From assembly GCF_016433145.1 (NCBI RefSeq), contig NC_058131.1, positions 31,255,705-31,319,027 of the forward strand: 63,323 nucleotides of DNA, given 5' to 3'. Both the position numbers and the translations under genes were made by a program. This document shows, piece after piece, positions 24,701 to 38,472 of the stretch. The DNA is from Gracilinanus agilis (taxonomy: Eukaryota). The number at the start of each line of letters is the position of its first letter. Positions within the stretch are counted from its first letter, which is position 1. The notes under the pieces are model-generated. The model was not told the origin of the DNA. It worked only from the letters and a program-made list of their open reading frames with translations, and searched no databases.

Positions 24701-26539
24701 TTGGGGTAGTCCCTGGGGTTCTTACTTGAGAGCATCTAATGGTGTCATTAGCAATGATCCATTTTATTTATTGCTAAGCAAAAGAACTTAGTGAGTACAA
24801 ACACTCACTTTTATTCTCTGGCCCATTTTGGCCGGCTTCCTTTTCCTCATACATGTTTCATCTCTATTTCTGTACCCTTGAAGACTGTCAGCCATGCCTA
24901 GAATTCTCACCCTCCTCACCTCTGCCTCTTCAGATTTCTATCTATCTCCATAGAACTCAGCAAAAAAATATCACTTCCTACTTGAACCTTTTCTGTTACA
25001 AAGAGTACTGGATGTTATTGATCCCATTTTTTTGATAAGGAACAATAAAATTGAAACAGGTGCCTATGTTGACTTCTGATATTGAATATAAACTTCTGAA
25101 ATCCAAGTATTTCCCCTTTTTTCCTTTGTATCTCTAGCCCCTAGCATAAGGTCTGGTCCCTATCCTTATCCCTCACCCCTAGAACAGGACTGGTACACAC
25201 TAATCACTTAATAAATGTTTGTTGGTTTCCTAAGCTGGAACACACAACCATGTGGAACATCTGGCTTAGACATTAAACCTCCTGAAGACTGAGAATGGAT
25301 AAACTGTTCCATTGAGATCTCTTCTGGTTCCAGGCTATATTTTTCTACACTTATTTTCTAGATTTAGGAACAAGGTTCTGCTGTACCAGCTGCTATCTTG
25401 GCCTTCATCTCCCTTCTCAGTGTAGAATAGCAACAGCAGGTGCCTGAGTACAATGTAACACAGTATAGCACAATTTCTGTGGCTTTTGATAAATCCTCAC
25501 TGAAAATTACATAGGGTAGCCATCCGAAGCTCAAGACCAGGTTTGTCCAGTTTAGGAAGAAGTCATCACTCAAGAGATCTTACTCAACTCATCCAGAGTC
25601 AGAGTCTTGCCTTTCTTGACTTCTAAGTTTCCTCTTATTAGCCTCCAAGATCTGAGACCCCATTTCCTCTCTCAAAAGTTTCTGACCACTAAAGAACCTT
25701 GACCACTCAAAAATTTCATAATGTTTTATTATTAATCCATTAATTTCTATTGTTGCTTTCATTTAGTCTTTGATCTCCATTATTGCCTCCAAGACATTTT
25801 GGATTCTATCAAGACCTGATCATTTGGCCACATTTTCTTTTTTAATATGTTTTTAATTGTGTGATGTTCTAACAGAGAGTTCCAGGTTTTCTTCATTTAT
25901 TTTTTTCTCTATGCCTTAGATAAGTGAAAGTCCTGTGAAACTGTTTTTTAAAATTTATTCAACATTTCAAATTTTAATTCAAATTTCCTCCTTCCCTACT
26001 ACTCCTCTGCATCTATTGGAAGAAAAACAAAACCCATTATATGTTGAAGTGGTGCACTTCATAAAGCAAGTCCAGACATCCAGAAGTTTGAATTAATGGA
26101 AACAATATTTATTCATTAATCTACTGATTAATAAATGTACCTACTGGCCAGGACAGACTTTCTTAGTGAAAGCTGTGCTGGACTGAAATTACAATGCAGT
26201 TTTTATAGGGTGCAAGATACAAAACAAACAATGTTCATTAATGGGGCATAACCTTAATGAAGCAAACAAACCTTATTGTCTAGAAGCTATATTCATCAGT
26301 AGTGTGGGGTACAGGAAGTTCCATTGTATATTTTATCCTGGACTGGCTGCTTGTTAGTAAGGGAGTCACTTTGGTTCTGAGCTGACCGACCTTCACAGGA
26401 AGGCTCATTTCAGATTTCTACTTTTTCAAGGGAGAAACAGGCTTTTGATCAATGGCTTAGTTTACCTCACTTCAAAATATGTAGTCATGCAAAACAAATC
26501 CTATGTTAGTCATATCAAAAAAAGAAAACATTTCAATCT

Positions 26540-27720
26540 GCATTCAGTCTATAGGTCTAATCAAGAGGTAGATAGTATGTTTCATCATGTTGGTTTGTTG
26601 TTGTTGTTTTTTCTAAGTTGGGTTTGGTCATTGTAATGACCAGAGTTCCCAAGTTTTCCAAAGTTGATTGTTTTGACATGTGTTGCTATTATATAAATTA
26701 TTCTCCTATTCTCCTTACTTCACTTTGCATCAGTTCATAAAAATCTCAGATGTTTCTGAAACCTTCTCCTTCATTATTTTTAATAGCTTCTTAGGTATAG
26801 TTCTAAAAATAATTTGGAACTATACCTAAGAAGCTATTAAATCATGCATACCTTTTGACCTACTGAAATTAGTCCTTTGCTTCAAAGAGATCAAAGAAGA
26901 AAAGGACCTGTAATTACAAAAATTGGAAACAATATAATGGGACACTGTTATGCTATAAATTTATAAATTTATGCTATAGATATATAAAATATATATTTTG
27001 TTGAATAGTGAGTTCTTACCCTGGGTTTGAGGGCTTATCAAACATTTTGCTACTGTGTTCATCTGCTTCTGTATTTCATACCTAATCTATTCCACCAATC
27101 ATCCTACTTGTTACCCAGGATTACCCAACAAAAAATTGTTTTGATGACTCCAGCTTTGTAGTATAGTTTGAAATCTTTCCTATTTGTTTTCCATTGAGTC
27201 CTTTAATGTTCTTGACCTTTTGTTCCTCCAGATATTTTATTTTTTAACTCTTAAAAAGCCTTTGGCATTTTGATTAGTATAGTACTGAATAATTAATTTA
27301 GGTAGTATTGTCATTTTTTATATTGGTTCAGTCTATCCATGAGCAATTAACACATTTGTTTACTCTGTTTCCATAAAAAATGTTGTTATTGTGTTCATAC
27401 AATTCCTGTGTGTTTCTTGAAAGGTAGACTCCTACATATTTATACCTTCTGCAGTCATTTTAAATGCAATTTCCCTATTTCTTCCAGCTGGATTTTATTG
27501 GTAATATACAGAAAAGTTGATGATTTCTGTGGACTTATTTTATATACAACTTTACTACAATTAAATCTCATGCATCTGCATAAAAGTATATTATATAAGG
27601 CCATTAATTTCTCTAGAATCAAATCAAGTTTTTTAACATTCCAGACAATTATGTAACTTCTTTATTTTCTTTCATTTTTAATTAGAATATGCCAAAATTG
27701 TTATGTTGAACTATCTCATT
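26540..27720 (-). mobile_element. Old L1 fragments
   Basis: Antisense L1 ORF2/3' pieces (gatgatttctgtggacttattttatat, ggtagtattgtcatttttt). Confidence 0.6.
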
Positions 27721-28206
27721 ATTAATCTTTTAAAAAAATCTATATCCTTTTATAATTCAATTAATCTTTTCCTTTTGTTGTTATTCAGTACTGTCTGACT
27801 TTTTGAGATCCCATGGACTAAACAAATGGCCTAGGAATTTTCTTGACAAAAATAATGGAGTGGTTTCCCATTTCCTTCTCCAATGGATTAGAGTAAACAG
27901 AGGTTAAGTGACTTGCCCAGGATCACACAGTTAATAAGGGTCTGAGACCACCAGGCCCATCTCTCTATCCCCTGAGTCATCCGGTTGCCTCCATCTTTTC
28001 CTTGAAAATTTAGTAATTATGTTGCTAGGTTTATATACATAATATTAACATATAATCAGTCAATAGGGCAGCTAAGTGGTGCAGTGGATAGAGTGCCAGG
28101 GCTAGAGTCAGGAAGACTCATCTTCCTGAATTGAAATCTGGCCTAATATACTTATTACCTGTGTGACCCTGAGCAAGTCACTTGGCCCTCTTTACCTCCA
28201 TATCCT

Positions 28207-28248
<42 letters not shown>

Positions 28249-29838
28249 AGAGTGGGTCATAAAGAGTCAGACAGAACTGAAAAATGACTGAACTATTTCC
28301 TTATCCCCATGCTGTTGTATTTTCCCCGTGTAAATATTGTATGTACCTTAGTTAATTATGTTTAAAATGATCCAAAGGATCACAGGGGGGAATGTGCAGG
28401 TTGAAAATTTGCCACACTTGAACTACATTCCCAGCATCCTTTTAAGTAACATCCTTATTTGACATACAGAGGCTTGGGAGATAAATTTAGCTGAGACCCA
28501 AGCTGCGGGGCTCCTTTTTTATGGGGATTGTGCTTTTTGGTAAAGTGCTTCAGGTGTGGGTCTCTGGCTCTCTGTGCTATGCTCACTTGGCTAAAAGAAT
28601 TTTTTCCCTTTCTCATATTATTTATTATTAAATACTTCATAATAAATTCTTTTTTTTCACATAGTCAACCTGGTGTTTCATTATAAGTCCATAAACATTT
28701 ACTTATCATCTACCTCGGGCCAGGTACTGTGCCAAGTACTGAGCATACAAAGAAAAGCAGAAAGTATCTGTTGTCAAGGAGCTCACAGTCTAAATGACAC
28801 AAGAGGTAAAATACTGTGTTCAAATAAGAAATATAAAGGGCCTGAGGAATTATTCTTTCTCTCTCTTATTGTACATTTTATTCCTTTATTTAGGAACATT
28901 TTATCTATCCTTGTTTGAGAAGGGGTTATGACTGAGGAACTTGGTGGCCTCTTCCATCTTGCCAAAAGAATACTTTATCTGCATTTTCCAGACAAGAAAA
29001 CTGAGTCTTCTGATGGTTAGATGAAATATTCAGACACGGGACAATTCTTTAGACACTGATTTTATTTATCCTCCAGGGTTTATTCTCTGAGAAAGAAGTA
29101 CCTTCGTTCTTTAGGAAGTCCAAGATGGTCAGAGACAGCTGAACATTTCTGGTTGTGCTCCTTCCTTGGGGTCTTCACCAGTTTAAATTCCCCTGGAACC
29201 CTAGAGCGTATTCAACAATGACCTTGGTTTTTAGGGCCCAGACACCTCTTTCACTTCTAGTGTGACCTAAAATAGACTTCTCTTAGGTGTTCTGGGCCCG
29301 TGGACAAATAAGGCTGCCTCCAGTTTGCAGGCCCAGCTCTAGGGCCTCAGGGACCTCAAGTAACGCCTATCTCTAAGGAAATCCAGTTGTAGTCTCATAG
29401 GTCAGATGGGTTCCCCCCATCTCTACTGAACCCTGGCTATGGCTCCTTGCTAAATCTTATCTCTAGATGGAGTAACTGCTTCTTTCCCTAGACCCTCATC
29501 CCCACCTTTTGGGGCTACCGTGGTTCTACTCTTGAAAACATCAAGCTAGTAGGGCCATGGAGCCTCAGAATAGGGGGGCTCTGCCTCACTAAGGCAACTT
29601 ATGTGCCACCCACTGATGATACAAATAAAGGCAAAAATATTGCTCCAGCCCTTGAGGAAGTCACCACACTCTAAAAGGAGACAGTGTGTGATGTTTATGA
29701 TGAATAAGACACAGAGCAGATGGCCTCAGAGGGAAAGCAATGAGGAGGGAACTAGAAGCCAAGCTTGGGCAGCAATGACACCCAATGGTCATGGTTGGAG
29801 CCAGATGATGGGGAGAAGCTGCCAATTAAGATTTATCA

Positions 29839-30029
29839 GGGGGCAGCTGGGTAGTTCAGTGGAGTGAGAGTCAGGCCTAGAGACAGGAGGTCCTGGGTTC
29901 AAACCCGGCCTCAGCCACTTCCCAGCTGTGTGACCCTGGGCAAGTCACTTGACCCCCATTGCCCACCCTTACCACTCTTCCACCTATGAGACAATACACC
30001 GAAGTACAAGGGTTTAAAAAAAAAAAAAA
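29839..30029 (+). mobile_element. Young opossum SINE with TSD
   Basis: Full length with poly(A); TSD AAGATTTATCA at 29828-29838 and 30030-30040. Confidence 0.93.
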
Positions 30030-30478
30030 AAGATTTATCAAGAGTGGTTCCCTGGTGACCACTAGCTTGCCCTGTCCCTACTGTCTCATCCTCTACCCTT
30101 CTGTCCCTTTACCCAGAAAGGCTGAAGTGGCTGCATTCCCAGATCCCATGGTCTGTCCTCAAGCCTCTCCTTCAGACGGGCTTTTGGCATTTTTTGCAAT
30201 TCTGGGGCACACAGTCTTCTCCATTAGGAACCAGGCATTAGATATTATGAGGTCTTTCTGCCTCTTCCCCCTTTTACTGGGGAGCAGTCAGTATGCAGCC
30301 AGGAAAAGTGTGTCTGTGGTAGGCTGTGCGGTGAATCAGTGGGCAGCATCCAGGAGAGCCTGGCGATGGTGTTGGTCTTCATCCACTAGATGTCCTGAAG
30401 CATCCCAGCTGCCCAAAGCTCATTCGCACACCTCCCCCAGGCACTCCTCCCTAGATGACCGGTTTAGTTGCTCTAGAG

Positions 30479-30669
30479 CAGTGATTCCCAAAGTGGGCGC
30501 CACCGCCCCCTGGTGGGTGCTGCAGCAATCCAGGGAGGCGGTGATGGCCACAGGGGCATTTATCTTTCCTATTAATTGCTATTAAAATTTTTTAAAAATT
30601 AATTTCCAGGGGAACTATAATTTTTTTCTGGAAAGGGGGTGATAGGCCAAGAAAGTTTGGGAACCGCTG
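30479..30669. mobile_element. Non-autonomous hAT (Charlie-type) MITE
   Basis: Terminal inverted repeats CAGTGATTCCCAAA / TTTGGGAACCGCTG; perfect 8-bp TSD CTCTAGAG at 30471-30478 and 30670-30677. Confidence 0.9.
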
Positions 30670-30899
30670 CTCTAGAGGTTCAGGCTCAGCTCTTGAATAA
30701 CTCTTTCAAAAGAATTGGATCTAAAGATGTGGCAGCAAAGGTATCTCAGTCACATCCTTGTGATTCAAACAACAGACTCGAGTGGCCTTTGGGAACCCCA
30801 AGAAGGAATAAAAATTAGAGTTGAGAAAAGGAGGAGTGAGGGATTGTATTCTGGATGCAGCCTGCTGCGGAGATGGCCTAGGAATGTGGGGTGGCCCCT

Positions 30900-33090
30900 G
30901 TGGGCTCCAAGCAAGAGAAGGCAAAGCCCAAGGTCCCAGATGGCGGCACCTTCTGTGGATTGTTCTAATGCTTCTTGGCAGTGACTCTTTATCAGCCTCA
31001 GGATCTCTTCCCACCTCCTCCGGATTCCTCCGGTGCTCGGCAAGGTAGCAGATATTCAGACATCCATCCGGATGCTTTCAGGTATCTTGGAGACTGCCCG
31101 CTTCAAGCCCAGATGCTAAGTGCTTAGATGGGAAATGCCAGTGGCGAGATCGAGGCATTACAAAAAGGTGTGGAAAATGCCAGTGCTCAGATCCAGCTGG
31201 CAAACAGCAATCTAAAGAATGCCAGGGCTGAGATCCAGGTGTTAAAAAAGGATCTGGAAGATGCCAGTGCTCAGATCCAGAGGGCAAATAGCAGCATAAA
31301 GAATGCCAGCGAGGAGATCAGAAGGGGAAAGAAAGACTGGACAAATGCTTTAAATTCTGAGGCCCACAAGTTAGGAAGTAGTTTGAAGAAAGCCAGTGGA
31401 GAAATCTGGAAGATAATGGGAAGTGCGTGAAATACCAATAACCTAAAAGCTGAACTCCGAAGCTTAAAGAAAGCTCAAAAGTCCAGCTAGAGAATCTTAC
31501 AGCAGCACCCTGTCAGCAAGTCAATAAGGACAGTAACAGTGACAATAGCTTTTATTACAGAGGATTGCTGGGCGGGGGGCAGATTCTTCTGGCTGTAGGA
31601 TACAGAGATAGAAGGGATCTTAGAGACCATTCTAGCCTCCTTTGTGTAGAGATGAGGAGCCCAAGACTCAGTCCGTTATTCCTGATATTCCACCACTTGA
31701 GATTCATTTCCTTGGCTGAAAATGCAAATACTCCTAGGAGGCAGCTCATCCCATAGAAAAATGGCCCAACACATACAGCCATGAGTCATAATCCTAATTT
31801 TTGTAATGGAAAAAGCCCCTGCTCGGGCAGAGCACAGGACAAGGAGTCCAGAGGCCCGGGTTCCAGTCTTGAAAGGAAATAGGGATTCTAAGATGCACAG
31901 GAGAGGGAGAGCACTGCAGGCCTGGGAGAAAGCCAGCGCTAAGGACCAGAGACATCTCAGGCCCTAATTTGTTCTCTCCCTCCAGTCTCCTTTTAACATA
32001 TTTACTCCTGTACACGTTCTATCCTCCCAACAGTTCCTGGAGAGTCATGACTGTTTAGTTTTTGTCCTTCTGTCTTCTAATATAGTGCTTAATAAATATT
32101 TATGGAACATAAGTGAATTTATGATCCTAACGGAGCTATTGTGGTCCGGGTCTCTGTTATACCATTATCTTCTGAAGGACGAAGGATTACTATTCATTAT
32201 TATGAGCAGCGGAATTTGCCACAGCATTCTTCTTCTCTGTGCTCTTGGGGAACTACAGGAACGCTTGAAGAGGGGCCTGTGGGCTGTGTATTAGGGAACA
32301 GTCGCCTCAGGAGACAGACCATGGAGGATCAAGTGCTGAACTCTGCTGCACCCAAGATGAAAAGGGCATTTGTGAATGGAGTTTGGGTTGTGGGGGTGAT
32401 GGGGAAAAGAGAGAGGACCTGAGGGGGGTGGGTGGGAAATAAGAGACAATAATGCAAAGAGAGAGAGAAATGGAAAGAGAGACAGAGCCAGAGACGGAGA
32501 GAAAGAGAGATACGGAGAGATGGATACAGAGAAAAGCAGAGAAATGGAGAGACAGGCAGATACCTTCTCCCTCTGTCTGTAGGGGCTACTCTCAGGAAAT
32601 GAGAACTTTCACCCATAGACACCCAGATCCACAAGAGGGACTCTCTGCCAGTTCCACTCTGTAGGAATTTCTCAGAAAGGGGACACGTGGAGTTTATTAT
32701 TGGATTGGCCTGACAAGGATGCTGAGGGCACCTGGCATGGGTGGATGGCTCTCCATATGAGAGCAGAGGGTAAGGATGGCCAGCCTCCTCAGGCCCAGGA
32801 CTTCCCAGTGCTAGAGCTAAATTATGGAGATCTGAATCCCAGACTTCAAAAGGACTTTAGAGGGCATCTGGTCCAACAAAGGCCTGGACATGAATCCCTT
32901 ATATCATTCACTCAAGAAGCATCTATTAAGTGTCTACTGTAATCCAGGATCAGGATGTGCATCTTTTTCTGGAGCCTCATCCCTCCCTCCTGTCCAGCCA
33001 GCATTTTGCAGACTGCCTCCTCAAGGGGCTACTCCTCAGTGACTGTGTTTGTCAGTGGATTCATGCCCAAGCAGCCTTCACCTTTGGGGG
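30900..33090 (+). pseudogene. CLEC4F: CLEC4F/CD207 (Kupffer-cell receptor/langerin) family type II C-type lectin pseudogene
   Basis: Neck repeats at about 31050-31520 (QIQLANSNLKNARAEIQVLK, resembling CLEC4F QAQLANSSLKNANAEIYVL) contain in-frame stops TAG 31125-31127 and TGA 31428-31430 and a frameshift near 31100. The lectin-domain exon 32665-32769 (EFLRKGTRGVYYWIGLT..KDAEGTWH..VDGSPY) has AG/GT ends but two frameshifts. There are possible transmembrane (about 30930-30990) and last-exon (about 33010-33070) remnants. CLEC4F versus CD207 is not fully resolved. Confidence 0.72.
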
Positions 33091-33948
33091 CAGAGAGCTC
33101 AGCCCTCTGGTGGGCAAGTTTAGGGAAATATTTCTCCTCTCCTCTGCCTTGGCTCAGGCTGACTGTCCTTCATGCCTGGAAGCTTTGTGTTTTACATTGT
33201 ACAGACTTTGTTCCTCCTATTCCTGTGTCTCCACACTATGTTTCTCTCTAGAACAGAAGCTCCTTGTGTGCAGGAACTGGATTATCATCTGCACTGCCCC
33301 AGCCCCAGCCCCAGGCCCGCCATCTCATCTTCTTGTTGGCCTGCTGCTGCTTGACCCCTCCTGCCCATCTGAAATGCCACTTATGTCCTGAAGCTTCCTC
33401 TGGTCCCACACCAGTAACAAACCTTCTTCAGACTTCACATGGCATTTTGTTTGGCAATTCTGCAATATTCTGAGAAAAGGGCCAGAGCGAGAAAGGCTCA
33501 CACTCAAAGGTCACCCAGTCCTGCCATTCACTTTAAAGAGGAGGAAATAGAGGACAGTCACACAGCTGGCTAAGGGGAGAGCTGTAACTTTTGGCCTCTG
33601 GACTGCCAGGGCAGCAATCTACCCCTTACACCATGCCATCTTTTAATTATGGTTAGAATAATGGGCATTTGGTGCCTCACAGTACCTCATCTTGGTGGCA
33701 TGAGAACAGTGAAGCAGGTACTTTCTATCTTATGGATGAGGAAACTAAAGCCAAGATAAAGTGATTAGTTCATCATCCCATAACTAGTCATTGTTAAGAG
33801 GTGGGATCTGAACTCGGGTCTTCCTGCCTTCTAAGCCATGAAGCTACAAAGGCAGCAGCTCTTTTGTGAACTGGGTCTCCCTTACATTCCTGGCATAGCT
33901 TTGTCCACAGAAGGAAAGCTATCCACCAAGGCCCACAGGCTTCTCACA

Positions 33949-34483
33949 TGAGGGCTGTTTTTGCCAACAGGTTTTAGAACAAGAACCAGCTGGACAATTC
34001 CAAGTACGAGAAGGGCCTGAATGAAATGCCTGGATCTGTAAGGAGGACAGCCCCCATAGATATGGGTAGGATCAACACTTCCCCGCTCCCCCATCTTCCC
34101 CCACAAGGCTGCAAATGCTTCTCCCATCTACAGTGAAACTTCCAACAATGAATCCTACCCATCCTTCGAGACCCAACTCAAGCCTCTCCTATGCTGGGCC
34201 ATTCTGGCCATAGGGAGCTCTCCCTCCTCCGAACCCCCCGATTTATTAGTCAGGACCTTACTGCGTCATTAGAATCTGCTCCCCAGGACTCTAAATCCCA
34301 GCATCCCACTTTCGTTCTCACATTACGCCCTTACATTTTAGAGATAGTGTGCGTGACGCTGCCTCTCTCTCTTCTCCCCGCTAACTCAGGCTTTTATTTG
34401 TCTTTTATTTCTTCTACTTTATTATTAATAAATCTTATAAAACATAATACTTGGAGTTATTGGGTATTAATTTTAATCTTACA
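33949..34483 (+). mobile_element. Solo LTR (about 535 bp)
   Basis: TG...CA ends, AATAAA at 34427-34432, 5-bp flanking repeat TCACA at 33944-33948 and 34484-34488. Confidence 0.65.
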
Positions 34484-34857
34484 TCACAATTCCCTGATGC
34501 AGGCCTGCTCCAGTCACAGGTCCCCAGCCATGAGGGCCACCTTTTCAGTTCTAGAACTTTAACAATCCAACGGATAAAGTCACTGCTATCAAAGGGGGAT
34601 GTCAAACTGCCACCCTCGTCCTCTACTCACCATCCATATTATTTTCCAAACGAGGATACCTTGACCTGGACACCACCCTACTACAGTTGCCTCTCCTTGT
34701 CAGAATATAGGACAAAACTTTCTGCTATTGTGTACCCCCATTTGCTAGGTACACAGTGCTAGGCACATAGAGCCCCTTAATAAATGCTTTCCATTCTTTG
34801 ATTGTGTAGCATTCAGTCACAATCATTGTTATCTCCTCTGCTTGAAAGACAATGTGA

Positions 34858-34888
<31 letters not shown>

Positions 34889-35554
34889 AAGGCTTGTAGT
34901 TGGAAGACTAAGATTCAAGTCCAGACCAACAAGTTGTGTAACCCTGGGACACTATATAGAAAACAGGGGTGCCTGGCACTGGGAGTTTCTCAAAAAGGGC
35001 AGAGGTAAACTGAGGCATCCAGATTTCATGTTGACAGCAGGAACTTAATGAATGCTTGTTAATTGATGGCTTGACCCTTCCATTTCCTTTAGGGGGAATT
35101 CCATTTCCTTTTTCTTCTTTTTTAAAACCTTTCCCTTCTTAGAATCGATGCTGTTCATTGGTCACAAAGCAGAAGAGCAGCAGAGGGCTAGGTAATAGGG
35201 ATTAAGGGACTTGCCCAGGGTCACACAGATAGGCAGCTCCGTTTCCCTCCCGTCTATCAGCTCTGTCCAAGCCGTCTGTGACTCAGCCTGGAATTGTTCC
35301 CCTCCCCCACGGGGCCTCCCTCTCGAAAGGCGAGCCACTGGGGTAGGAGGCTCTTTAGCCGTCAAAGTGCCTACTGTGTGCTAGGCCGGGCGCTGGGGGT
35401 ACAAAGACATGCAAAACCGGAACCCAGGTTCGTGGGGCTGACTGACCAACCCAGGAGGCAATATTTAACGTGCTACAAATAAAGCCGGAACAAATGGGGG
35501 GCACCCCAGCATACAGTAGACGCTTAATCAATGCTTTCTTAACAAACAAAGTGA

Positions 35555-36110
35555 ATCTAGCCCCGCCCCCTCGAGTCTAAGAAGCTACATCGCTCCGTAG
35601 TGGACGAAGGGAGACAATCCTCCGAAGTCCGGGATCCGAAATGCGGTGGCAGACTGCTCAGACGCCGCAAACCGGAAACGGAAGCGCGCGAAGGGACGGG
35701 ACACAGAAGCCGAAGAGAGACTGGCACCGAGGGCGCGTGCGCGAGCGGAAAGCGGGGACAAGTACAAGCCGGCGGAAGTCGTGAAGAGAAAGGACGCCAT
35801 TTCCGGTAGAAGGGGGTTCAGTAGGGGACAAGTCGGAGCCATGTAAGTCCTCCTCTGAGAAGGGTGGCACCAGAGGCTGGGGAGCGGGGGCCGTAGCAGG
35901 GTCAGACCCGGCCAAGGCCTCCCGGCACCCTGGGAACTAGGAGCACCTAGCGGTTGGCAGTCATGGCTGTCCGGGCCGAGACCGTGAAGACGTTTGAGAG
36001 TCATGGGTGACGTCACGGCGTCTGGCGTCTTGGGCGGCCGCGGGCGAAACCAAACTACCTTTTGGGGGCGTGTTTTGTCCAGGATTGTGCCCGAAGGGCT
36101 GGGCTTCCAG
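35555..36110 (+). promoter_or_regulatory. TPRKB: CpG-island promoter and non-coding exon 1 of TPRKB
   Basis: Densest CpG stretch in the window. GC box 35561-35570, NRF1-like GCGCGTGCGC 35733-35742, ETS GCGGAAGT 35772-35779, YY1-like CGCCATTT 35795-35802, CRE TGACGTCA 36008-36015, donor gtaagt at 35843. Confidence 0.8.
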
Positions 36111-38220
36111 GAGAACCTCCGAGCTTTTTAGGAAACCCTCACCTTCCCTGGTGTTGTTTTCACTCGGTTCGATGAATGAGTGAATGAAGCCGTCAATGAA
36201 ATTATTTCTGAAGTGGATATAGAACGTTAAAATCCTGCCTTGATACTTAACCCGCCCTGGACAAATTACTTACCGCTCTGTGCCTCAGTTTTCTCATTTC
36301 TAAAACGGATGTGATGTTGAGGACCAGAAAGGCAGCATGGCAGAGAGCTCAGCCTTTGGGGGCAAATCACTTGTCGGCCTTAAAAACCAAACAAACTCTC
36401 TAGCAAAGATGTTTGTTTCCATTGAGAGAATTCATAAACACAGTGGGGGGTGATGGTTAGGGCTAATACACTTAAGCACTGCCTTGCCTCAGTTTCCTCA
36501 TCTGTAAAATGGAGATAAAATTGAGGATAAAGCTGACAATTATGACTACTTACTCTGTGCCAGTCATTGCCATATATGCTAAGGGTACAAAAGGAAAACA
36601 GTCCTTACCTTCAAGAGACTTACGGTTAAATAGGCACACAGGATACATCCTGGGCAGATGACCATCTTCATTGTGAGAAAGCTCCTGGGCTTGAGGGAAG
36701 ACTTAGGCGAGCATCAGAGCGAGGCACCCACGGGTCACAACCTTTCATTAGAGAGTATTTGCACATTGATGAGATTGCAGAGCCATTTGAGTATTTGGAG
36801 TATGGAGGAGCTTCATCTGTCTAAAAGTCTTCCTGAGCTGCTGCCCTCGAGAACAAATGGCAAATGTGTGACTTCACCCACACAGGGGCTCCTCCATAAT
36901 CCTTAAGGGTCTCAGTAGCTCCAGCATTGCTTCTGCTGACCTCAAGACAGATCTTGAGAAGTTCAAGAATCAGACAGAAAACACTTGTTTTCTCTCTCTC
37001 TTTTTTAATCACAAACATTTCTACATACAAAGATTATCAGTGAAATAAGCTGGATATGTGACTTAAAGGAGTGGACAAACATAATAGATTTTTACTCCAG
37101 CCTGTTATTTTCATTTTGTTTGGCTCTTTTTGTTTTAAGTGTATTTCTTATAAATGACATATTGTTGGAATCTGCTTCCCTTTTTTTCATAGATGAGATT
37201 GTTAATTTCATATTTCTCCCCATCCTATTATCTTAGACTTTTCCCTCTCTTTGCCCATTCCCTATTTACAAAGTAAAGTGTTTTGGTAGGCCTATGATCT
37301 TAGGGGGCTCTCTAGTACAAAACAATGACAGTAATAGAAACTGAGATATAACAGAGGTTTATAGAACACTTTACATAAATCAGCTTTGATATAAATGCCT
37401 GGAGAAAGGTCCATGGACTTGGTGAGGCTTATCTTACATTCTCTTAAGTCATTCATAAAATTGGGAAGTCAGGAGCTTTTTATTTATTGGTATTATTAAT
37501 AATAGTATATTTTAAAAGCATTTTAAAGTTTGCAAAGTGCTTTACAGATGTGTGTGTGTGTGTGTGTGTGTTAGTTTGGCCCAATGGAAAGAGTACTAGA
37601 TTTGAAATCAGATGACTTAGTCAGTGACTGGATATTAATTAAGCAGCTACTATGTGCCAGGCACTGTGCTAAGCACTGGGAATACAAAAAAGATGCTAAA
37701 GACAGCCCCTGCCCTCAGGGAGTTCACAGTCTAATGAGGGAGATGACAATTGAACAAATACATATAAACAAACTATAGGCAGGATGAATTGGAGATAATT
37801 AACAGAATGGTGGGCACTTGAGGTAGGATTCTGGCTGAGCCACCCATATGACCTTGGGTACCATTTTACTAATGAGGAAACAGTTCAAGTGAGGTGATTC
37901 TCCAAAGGTCACTTAAGTGACAGTGGAGGAATTTGTACGCAAGTATTTCTGACTCCCAAATTTAAGGCTTTATGCATTATGCCTCATAGCTGCCACAATT
38001 TATAGATTTTTCTTTCATAAATTGGAACAGAATGATAAGTGTAACTAAATTTACTTAACCTCAATACCTTTTACTGTGTGGATAAGAGCCCACATCTTAA
38101 AGAAGCATGATTTAAATTGCTTTTATCTGGGTAAGCTAAATTAAAGTGCAGAGTTTTAAGATTGGAAGGAGGGGTGTAAGTAATTCTCACTGAGGTCTTT
38201 AATATTCTATAGTAACTTTT

Positions 38221-38391
38221 TTTTTTTAAAACCCTTAACATCTGTGTTTTGGCTCCTTGGTGGAAGAGGCAATGGGGGTCAAGTGACTTGCCCAGGGTCA
38301 CACAGCTGAGAAGTGTCTGAGGCCAGATTTGAACCCAGGACCTCCCTTCTCTAGGCCTGACTCTCAATCCACTGAGCTACCCAGCTGCCCC
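38221..38391 (-). mobile_element. Young opossum SINE in TPRKB intron 1
   Basis: TSD CTATAGTAACTTTT at 38207-38220 and 38393-38406, about 75 nt upstream of the exon 2 acceptor. Confidence 0.92.
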
Positions 38392-38472
38392 TCTATAGTA
38401 ACTTTTAAGTAACATGATTCTCTAGGTTTTCTTTTCTTTCTTTCTTCTTTTTTTGGTCTGGTGCAGTGGAAA

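Noticed and set aside
29839-29920. tRNA-like A/B boxes in SINE heads
   Set aside because: tRNA-derived SINE promoters, not tRNA genes; no cloverleaf or anticodon arm. No rRNA, tRNA or CRISPR array was seen in the window.
31128-31430. 100-aa coiled-coil ORF as a stand-alone gene
   Set aside because: It is the stretch between two premature stops in the CLEC4F-like pseudogene neck.
32141-32422. Peptide AAPKMKRAFVNGVWVVGVMG resembling the CLEC4F N-terminus (AAPKIPRLV)
   Set aside because: Out of exon order, with no splice support and a short match; probably chance.
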